Positions 57,180 through 64,000 of a stretch of DNA of 64,000 nucleotides are shown here, one piece after another. The stretch is from positions 1 to 64,000 of the forward strand of contig JAZDNO010000020.1 of assembly GCA_043799545.1 (NCBI GenBank), written 5' to 3'. The number at the start of each line of letters is the position of its first letter. Position 1 is the stretch's first letter. The notes below the pieces were generated by a model that did not search any database, was not told the origin of the DNA, and worked only from the letters and a program-made list of their open reading frames with translations. This DNA is from Methanobacteriota archaeon. Lineage in GTDB: Archaea > Thermoplasmatota > Thermoplasmata > SG8-5 > DAIRED01. The position numbers were made by a program, and so were the translations under genes.

Positions 57180-57692
57180 TCATCGGGCGAGATAGTCTAT
57201 GAACTTGTTCAGCGCCATCCCTTCGTTCCACCTCAGGATGAGATGGCCGCCGCGCTCAGGCTCCAGCTTCGGGAGGATGCCGTAGATGAAGCGGAGCGTG
57301 CCCTCCACGCCGTCCACCTTTACAGTGAACACGCGCCACGGGTCGTCGCCGCGCACGCGCTTCATGCGGTAGGCGTAAAGTGGTACGAGATGCGCCTTCC
57401 TGCACGCGCTGAGAAGCTCGTCCGCCTGCTGCGTGCCGCGACCGCTGGAAGCGCTGAAATGGATGGTGTCGTTCACTGACGATTTGACTTCGATCGGGAA
57501 CGAGACGTCGCCGCGTATCGCAACGAGGTCCACGCCGAAAGAGCCCGCTGCCCTCAGAACTATGAACGGGCGCTCCGTCATCTTCAGATAGGCGCGCATC
57601 ACGTCCACTGGCAGGTTGCGGCTCACGCCCTCGATCCATTTCCTGTCGCCGGACAGGATACCTTTCAGTTCGCGCTCGTATACGTGCGACAC
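57180..57692 (-). CDS. hjc: Holliday junction resolvase (Hjc-like)
   Basis: YERELK; RAAGSFGVDLVA; IEVKS. Confidence 0.75.
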   Translation of the reverse strand: MSHVYERELKGILSGDRKWIEGVSRNLPVDVMRAYLKMTERPFIVLRAAGSFGVDLVAIRGDVSFPIEVKSSVNDTIHFSASSGRGTQQADELLSACRKAHLVPLYAYRMKRVRGDDPWRVFTVKVDGVEGTLRFIYGILPKLEPERGGHLILRWNEGMALNKFIDYLAR

Positions 57693-57795
57693 AGGGGGTG
57701 ATTGGAGCCCTTGGGTATATACCTAACGCCCGGTTGGCCGAAAGTGAATCTTCGTTCGATTCGTGAATGGCCAGCGCGATGGTTGCGACGAAGCT

Positions 57796-59019
57796 TTACC
57801 TGCTCATGGCTTTCCTGAACATCGGGACCGCAATCGCCAGCAAGACCACGCCGAAGGTGAAGAGGATGGCCACCTCAATCCAAACCGACTCAATTCCCGC
57901 ACCGAGCACCATGACCTTTCTCAGCGCGGTCGCCGCATATGTGAGCGGCAGCGCCTTCGACAGCGCCTGCATGTACCAGGGCATCTGCTGGATGGGGAAG
58001 AAGACCCCGCTCATGAACATCATCGGGAACATGAGGGCCATCATCACCATCGTCGCCGTCTCCTCCCTGTCCGAGAAAGATGTGATGAGGATTCCAAGGC
58101 CGACGAAGCTGAAGACGGAGAGCAGTATCAGCGCGATCACCAGGAATATGCTGCCGTGTATCGTGACTCCGAACAGCACGATGGCCAGAGTGAGGATTAT
58201 CGCAGCCTGCACGATGCCGCGAACTGTCTGGGCCATCACTTTCCCAAGGATTATGGATAGGCGGCTTATCGGTGCCGCGAGCATCCCGTCCAGCGTACCC
58301 ATGTCCTTCTCGTAAGAGATGGCGTGAGGTAGGCCCGTCATCAGGGACATCATCACCGTCATGGCGATGATTCCGGGGGCGACGAACTGGAAGTAGTTCG
58401 AGGAATCCCCGGGCACGATTCCCCTGACCTCGATGGTGTATGGCTGGATGGTCGCCTGGGTGAGGTTCATCGAAACGCCATACGTGTGGTTCAGGTTGTA
58501 TTGGGCCATCTGGGCGCCCATCGCCTTGATTGTGCCGCCGAGCACGGACTGCATCATCGCGGACATCTGGGGGTTCGACTGGTCCGTCACAATCTGGATG
58601 GTCCCCTGCCGTCCCGCCAGGATATCGCTTGTGAAATTCACCGGAACTATGATGCCGCCGCTTAGCTTGCCCTCCTGAATCTTGGCCTTTATGTCGTCGA
58701 AGCCTGGAGAGATGCTGAGCTTCATCATCCCGGTCTGGTTGTTCACGGCGTGAAGCTGGATTAGGAATGAATCTCCCATTGCCATATGCACGGTGGAATC
58801 GGTGCCGGGGACTGGCATCTCGAAAGGAGCGTCAAGGTTTGCCAATGCCACGGGCTGGTCCTCCAGCGTCGCGCCAGAGTTGAATATGAAGCCGACCATC
58901 CCCATCATGAAGAGGGGCATGAGGATCAGCATGACCAGGCGAAGCCTGCTCCTGCCGAACTCCAGCAGGTCCTTCCAACAAATCCAGCTGCTGTGGCGCA
59001 CTATTTTCACGAGGCTCAT
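57796..59019 (-). CDS. ABC-2 type transporter permease
   Basis: FVAPGIIAM; EKDMGTLDGMLAAP; FMSGVFFP. Confidence 0.9.
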   Translation of the reverse strand: MSLVKIVRHSSWICWKDLLEFGRSRLRLVMLILMPLFMMGMVGFIFNSGATLEDQPVALANLDAPFEMPVPGTDSTVHMAMGDSFLIQLHAVNNQTGMMKLSISPGFDDIKAKIQEGKLSGGIIVPVNFTSDILAGRQGTIQIVTDQSNPQMSAMMQSVLGGTIKAMGAQMAQYNLNHTYGVSMNLTQATIQPYTIEVRGIVPGDSSNYFQFVAPGIIAMTVMMSLMTGLPHAISYEKDMGTLDGMLAAPISRLSIILGKVMAQTVRGIVQAAIILTLAIVLFGVTIHGSIFLVIALILLSVFSFVGLGILITSFSDREETATMVMMALMFPMMFMSGVFFPIQQMPWYMQALSKALPLTYAATALRKVMVLGAGIESVWIEVAILFTFGVVLLAIAVPMFRKAMSR

Positions 59020-59020
59020 T

Positions 59021-60064
59021 TCACCTCACCCTCCCGCCACTGCCGCCGCCCATCCTGTGGCCGCCCGGCCCCGGTCCGCCGCGATGGTGGTTCTTGGCGT
59101 TGTTCGAGACCGCATCCCTGACCTCCCGGCCAGTAAGGTGCAGGAAGACATCTTCGAGCGAAGGCTCGAGGTTCTTTATCGCCTTGATTTTGCCTTCGTT
59201 CTTTCTGATAGTATCGATAATCACGTCGAAGCAATCCTCTCCGATCCCCCTGACTTTTATCTTCGTCTGGTCGTCCTGCAGGACCGATGTTATGCAGGCG
59301 TTCGCCTTGATTGCCTCCATCATCCCTGCGTTCAGGTTAGGTATCTCGATTTCAAGCAGAGTCGTGTCCGTTCCCGAAACCAGCTTCTTCAGGTTCGCCG
59401 GGGTGTCAAGCGCGACTATCTTTCCCCTATCGATTATCCCAATCCGGTCGCAGAGCAGGTCGGCCTCGGCCATCATGTGGGTTGTAAGTATCATCGTCGT
59501 ACCGTTTTCGGCGTTTATCTTCCTTATCAGCTCGCGTATTTCGGCCGTTGACTGCGGGTCCAGGCCCAGGGTCGGCTCGTCGAGGAACAGTATGTTCGGC
59601 TGGTTTATCAGCGCCCGGATGACGTTTATCCTTTGCTTCATGCCCGTGGAGAACGTGCCGATTCTGGCGTCAGCCCACTTCTCCATGTGTACGTATCCCA
59701 GCAGTTCGTCGATCCTCTTCTTCAGCGCGTCGTTAGGAATGTCGTAGAGCTTGCCGAAGAGCTTGAGGTTCTCAGTCGCCTTGAGGTCGTTGTACATAAT
59801 CATCTTCTCTGAGACGAGCCCGATGTGCTCCCTGACCTTGCTGTGGTCCTTGACAATGTCAAAGCCGGCGACCTTGGCCGAGCCCCCCGACGGAGCGCTG
59901 AGGGTGCAGAGCATCCTTATGGTGGTGGACTTGCCTGCACCGTTCGGGCCGAGGAATCCGAATATCTCCCCCTTCTTGACGTCGAAGGAGATGCTGTCGA
60001 CGGCTGTGAAGACGCCGAACTTCTTCGTCAGGTTCTGGCAACTGATTGCGACGGTCTCGTCCAT
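59021..60064 (-). CDS. ABC transporter ATP-binding protein (DrrA-like)
   Basis: GPNGAGKS; FSTGMKQR; LDEPT. Confidence 0.92.
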   Translation of the reverse strand: MDETVAISCQNLTKKFGVFTAVDSISFDVKKGEIFGFLGPNGAGKSTTIRMLCTLSAPSGGSAKVAGFDIVKDHSKVREHIGLVSEKMIMYNDLKATENLKLFGKLYDIPNDALKKRIDELLGYVHMEKWADARIGTFSTGMKQRINVIRALINQPNILFLDEPTLGLDPQSTAEIRELIRKINAENGTTMILTTHMMAEADLLCDRIGIIDRGKIVALDTPANLKKLVSGTDTTLLEIEIPNLNAGMMEAIKANACITSVLQDDQTKIKVRGIGEDCFDVIIDTIRKNEGKIKAIKNLEPSLEDVFLHLTGREVRDAVSNNAKNHHRGGPGPGGHRMGGGSGGRVR

Positions 60065-60077
60065 TTAGGCGCCTCGC

Positions 60078-63050
60078 TCATTCGTTTCCCCTCAGCGCCT
60101 CCGCTGCTGGTATCCTCGACGCCTTCAGAGCCGGCGCGATGGTGCATGCCAGCGACGCGACGTAGGTGATTCCTATCAGCCAGCCTAGCTGGAGCCACGG
60201 AACCTTGAACGTTACGTCTATGCCCTCTACCATTATCACGAATATCTCGTACGCGACGCCGATGCCTATCACGACGCCAATGACGACCGCGAGCGTCGTG
60301 ACGAACAGTATCTCGGTGACGAAGGAAGCCAGTATTTTACGTTTTTCGAAACCGATGGCGCGCATGATGCCGATTTCGCGACGCCGCTCCACAACGCTGC
60401 GAATTGCGATGATTCCAAGGCCTGCGATTCCCACGACAAGGCCGAGGCCGAGGAATATCTGGAAGAGCAGGAATATGCTGTTGATCAAATTGAGCATGGT
60501 CTCGACATTGTCTCGAAGGTTTATTGTGTTCATGCCCAGCCCGCGGTAGTCCTTCTCGAGGTTGAAGGTGACCTCCTGGACGTCCAGCCCGTCCTTCACG
60601 TCGAAAAGGAACAGGACGTTGCCCACGAATGTGTGGGGCCCGCCGAAATAGGCCGCGGCGTTCTCCTTGGTGGTGAATATCCCCGTGATTATCATCTCGT
60701 CTAGGATGCCTATGACAGTGAAATTCTTCACGCCGTAGTTCGTTGTTATGGATATCACGGTGCCGAGGCCGACCGAAGCTGGCGCCTCGCCGCCCCCGAA
60801 GCCGCCTCCGCCACCGCCGAACGACATCCCGCCGTATACGACGTTGGTGCCGTTCAACGTGCTAACGGCCGCCCACACGTCGGCAGGCGTCGAGTAGTTT
60901 GCCTCGTCGAACTCGCTGAATTCGAATCCGTTGTTCTGTATGAAGTGGTCGTCGACCCCGAGGAGGTTCGTCATCCCCATGAAGCTCATGCTCGGGTCGG
61001 GATATGGTTTTCCTTCGATGGTCATCTCAGGAAGCGGCATCACCACGGAAACCGCCTCGGACTTCTCAATCGATTCGTTCAATGTGCTGGACCAGACCCG
61101 CGTCAGGCTCATGGTCGAGGGGTCGAACACCGATGCGTTGTCGAGGGACTGGACGGGAACCTGAGACGAGCCGATTATCTGGTATCCCCCGCCCTGCTGC
61201 TCCACGGTGTCGTCCACGTTCATCGTGAATATTGCGGAGAAGACCGAGACCATCACGATGGTGTATATCACGAGGGTGAACATCGAGACAGTCATCCCGG
61301 TCCTGAAACGCTTGTTAAGGGGATGGGACACCGCAGTTTTCACGACTGGCCTCATAGTTCCGATGCGCCCCAAAGTCCCCGTTACACCAGCCACGACGAC
61401 GGACGAATTGAACATGACCAGCAGGACCGCCGCTAGCACCAGGAACACTCCGCTCGTGATGAAAAGGTATTCGGTCCCGTCGCCGGTCTCATCGAAGAAC
61501 GTCGCAATGGCATACAGCGTCCAAACAATCATTCCGATTGCCGTGGTCGAGAACGAGTACTTAGCGCTCATGAATCCCCTCAGCGCCATTCCGATGCCGA
61601 ACAATGCGACGCACGGCGCGACGTACCGGACCACGAGGTTGTCGTAGCTCAGCGCGAAGGCCAGCAACGAAACTCCGATTATGACTCCTCCGAGGACGAC
61701 GCCCGCTTTCGAGCCCTTCTCGTGCACCGGATCCTCGATGTCCCGTATGGCCCTGACTATGTTGATGTTCGTCACGCGCCACGAGGCCATGACGATAGTC
61801 AGGAGGGTGATTGACGCGCCCATGCAGAATGCGTTGATGAGGCTGTCAGTCTCGAAGTAGAACGGAATCTTGATGCCCTCGAATATCGAGAAAATGTTGT
61901 TGACGCCCCAGATCAGCGCGAAAGCGATTCCCAGGCCGGCCAGGGTTCCCATCGCGGCGGCGGCTATCGTGTACGTCGAGCCCTCGAACATGAACATCTG
62001 CATCAGGTCGCCGCGGGTCATCCCGACTGCCCGCGCCATCCCCAGCTCGGACTTGCGCTCCTCCGCCAGCATCGTGAAGATGTTGATGATGAGGATGACT
62101 CCCGCGATGATGCTGAACGAGCCGAATATCGTGATGAAGGTAGTGACCATCTCGCCGATTTGCTTGCTCTGCTCCAGCGAGGTCTCCTTTATGGGTATCG
62201 GCGCGACTCGCGAAGCGTCCGGGTCCGACGACGCCGTGAGCGTGCCGTTCACTGCGGTCATAATCGAATCGGTTTCATGGACCCCGGCCCTCATGCCTCC
62301 GTAGCCAGATATTTTGATGAGGTTCAAGCGCCCCGAGACGTTGTACATGTCCTGCACGACCGGCAGGCTGATGAAAACGTCCGCAGACATCTGGTAGTTG
62401 CCCTTGCCCTTGTCGAGGACTATCTGCTTGATTGTGAACGTCGAGACCTGCCCGTAGGACTCGCCCGACGGCAGGTACCTCAGCGCCAGCGTGTCCCCGA
62501 CTTGGGCGTTGAGCTTCTCGGCAGCGTTGGTGTTGATAAGGACCTCGGTACTCGCCAGGTCGCCGCCAGATGTGGTTCCGCCGCCGGAGATTGAGAATTC
62601 CCCGAAACCGCCGTCACGTGCGGAATCGAAGCCCACTATCAGCATCGACGACTCGGACTGCCCGCTCTGAAGGTCTTCCACGGAGGCCTGCTCGACTATC
62701 GCCGGAGCTACGGCGTCCGCGTGCGCTGCCAGCTCTGAGTTCCCGTCTATCTCCGTGAATATCGTCTCGTTGAAGTACGCGTCGTTAGAAGCCTTCACTG
62801 TTACGTCGATCAGATCCAGGGAATCGTAGGTTGTCTTCACTATGAAGTTGTCTATAGAATCCCCGGTAACCATGGCACCAGCAATTATCGAAGTGCCGAT
62901 CAGCAGCCCTGCGACTACGAGCGCGGAATGCGTTCTGTGCCTCACGAAGTTGCGCGCGCCCATCTTGAACAGGACGCGTCTGCGCGATGCCATCACAAGC
63001 ACGACGAGCATCAGCGCGACGAAGAGCCCGACGACCATCAAATTGAGCAT
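60078..63050 (-). CDS. FtsX/MacB-like ABC permease (duplicated)
   Basis: Two AEERKSELGMARAVG / VERRREIGIMRAIG motifs; large extracellular domains. Confidence 0.9.
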   Translation of the reverse strand: MLNLMVVGLFVALMLVVLVMASRRRVLFKMGARNFVRHRTHSALVVAGLLIGTSIIAGAMVTGDSIDNFIVKTTYDSLDLIDVTVKASNDAYFNETIFTEIDGNSELAAHADAVAPAIVEQASVEDLQSGQSESSMLIVGFDSARDGGFGEFSISGGGTTSGGDLASTEVLINTNAAEKLNAQVGDTLALRYLPSGESYGQVSTFTIKQIVLDKGKGNYQMSADVFISLPVVQDMYNVSGRLNLIKISGYGGMRAGVHETDSIMTAVNGTLTASSDPDASRVAPIPIKETSLEQSKQIGEMVTTFITIFGSFSIIAGVILIINIFTMLAEERKSELGMARAVGMTRGDLMQMFMFEGSTYTIAAAAMGTLAGLGIAFALIWGVNNIFSIFEGIKIPFYFETDSLINAFCMGASITLLTIVMASWRVTNINIVRAIRDIEDPVHEKGSKAGVVLGGVIIGVSLLAFALSYDNLVVRYVAPCVALFGIGMALRGFMSAKYSFSTTAIGMIVWTLYAIATFFDETGDGTEYLFITSGVFLVLAAVLLVMFNSSVVVAGVTGTLGRIGTMRPVVKTAVSHPLNKRFRTGMTVSMFTLVIYTIVMVSVFSAIFTMNVDDTVEQQGGGYQIIGSSQVPVQSLDNASVFDPSTMSLTRVWSSTLNESIEKSEAVSVVMPLPEMTIEGKPYPDPSMSFMGMTNLLGVDDHFIQNNGFEFSEFDEANYSTPADVWAAVSTLNGTNVVYGGMSFGGGGGGFGGGEAPASVGLGTVISITTNYGVKNFTVIGILDEMIITGIFTTKENAAAYFGGPHTFVGNVLFLFDVKDGLDVQEVTFNLEKDYRGLGMNTINLRDNVETMLNLINSIFLLFQIFLGLGLVVGIAGLGIIAIRSVVERRREIGIMRAIGFEKRKILASFVTEILFVTTLAVVIGVVIGIGVAYEIFVIMVEGIDVTFKVPWLQLGWLIGITYVASLACTIAPALKASRIPAAEALRGNE

Positions 63051-63081
63051 TGTTTCACCTCATCACAGTTGAACGAATCCG

Positions 63082-63792
63082 TCAGGTCCTCACCGGCACG
63101 TACTCCTTCTCAATCTTGCCGTCGCGCATTTTGAGGACGCGGTCCGCCCTGTCCCCCACAGTCGAATCGTGCGACACTACGATGAACGTCTGCCCCTCCT
63201 CCTTGTTCAGGTTGCAGAGAAGGTCCATTATCTGGCGCGACGTCTCGGCGTCGAGGTTCCCCGTAGGCTCGTCCGCCCAGATTATCGCCGGGTCGTTCAC
63301 CAGGGAGCGGGCTATCGTGACGCGTTGCTGCTCCCCGCCCGAAAGCTCCGAAGGCTTGAAATTCGTCCTCTTCTCCAATCCGACGAGCCGGAGCATCTCC
63401 TCCGCCTTGCGCCTCGCTTCGGCAGGCTTGACCCCCGTGACCAGCAGCGGCAGCTCGACGTTCTCGACTGCGCTCAGCACCGGGAGGAGGTTGTAGTTCT
63501 GGAATATGAACCCCATTCTCTTAGCCCGGTGACGGCTCTTCTGGTTGTCGTCCATCTTCATGAGATCCTGGTTCTCGATGAGTATCCGCCCTGAAGTCGC
63601 GTCGTCTATTCCGGAGAAGCAGTTGAGCAGGGTCGTCTTCCCGCACCCGCTCGGCCCCATTATGGAAACCATCTCCCCCTTCTTGACCATGATGTCTATC
63701 CCGTTCATTGCGTTGACCTTTATCTTTCCAGTGTCGTAAATTTTCACAACGTTCTCGCCGCGTATTATGATGTCGTCTTCCATGCATGCCAC
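63082..63792 (-). CDS. ABC transporter ATP-binding protein (LolD/MacB-like)
   Basis: GPSGCGKT; LSGGEQQR; ADEPTGNLD. Confidence 0.92.
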   Translation of the reverse strand: MACMEDDIIIRGENVVKIYDTGKIKVNAMNGIDIMVKKGEMVSIMGPSGCGKTTLLNCFSGIDDATSGRILIENQDLMKMDDNQKSRHRAKRMGFIFQNYNLLPVLSAVENVELPLLVTGVKPAEARRKAEEMLRLVGLEKRTNFKPSELSGGEQQRVTIARSLVNDPAIIWADEPTGNLDAETSRQIMDLLCNLNKEEGQTFIVVSHDSTVGDRADRVLKMRDGKIEKEYVPVRT

Positions 63793-63793
63793 C

Positions 63794-64000
63794 TCACTTG
63801 GTCTTCTTGCCTATGACGTTGCCCTTGCGCTTAGCCCCTTCCGCCAGCGCCGCCCAGTTTGCCATCTCCGCCGTCAGCATATGAAGCACGTCATCCAGCA
63901 CGTCGACTTTTACCAGCATGACGCCCATCAGAGGCCCGGGGCCGCCGACCACGAGCAGCTTGTCGCCGGCCGACAGGCCCAGACGCTTCCTTGCGCTCGC
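63794..64000 (-). CDS. AbrB/SpoVT-family regulator (5' end outside the window)
   Basis: ...ARKRLGLSAGDKLLVV... open frame from 64000 to the stop at 63794. Confidence 0.7.
   Translation of the reverse strand, partial: ASARKRLGLSAGDKLLVVGGPGPLMGVMLVKVDVLDDVLHMLTAEMANWAALAEGAKRKGNVIGKKTK

Overview
Archaeal DNA, most consistent with a Thermoplasmatota (Thermoplasmata-like) chromosome: archaeal-type ribB-ribL-ribC-ribH, FEN1, an Hjc-like resolvase, GGTGA/GGAGG ribosome-binding sites and TATA promoters. About 1-16,015 is a mosaic integrated island whose left end and integrase lie outside the window. It mixes GC-rich small backbone genes with AT-rich defence-like cargo (TIR pair, AbiV/HEPN, Zn-HEPN, HNH, a tandem TnpA-like/PD-(D/E)xK fusion). 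The cargo appears to have been captured in two ways. (i) Three integron attC-like hairpins lie at 1.7-3.6 kb. (ii) Five related non-coding sites at 6.3-12.4 kb each start with a tRNA 3'-end fragment, carry a leftward TATA promoter and separate 1-2 kb integrase-free cargo units; this is the best candidate for an undescribed cassette system. About 16-64 kb is GC-rich host sequence. It holds an operon with an RHH protein, two Rab-like GTPases, a V4R protein and a 1,567-aa surface protein ending in a longin-like cytoplasmic domain; the same domain recurs inside a STAND-TPR ATPase. The rest includes acyl-CoA dehydrogenase-EtfBA, riboflavin genes, gcvT/gcvH, DUF2341 surface proteins, mscL, FEN1 and ABC transporters. 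Small scars include duplicated gene 5' ends and a 92-bp structured repeat with compensatory changes. All family assignments come from motif recognition by eye; no database searches were run.
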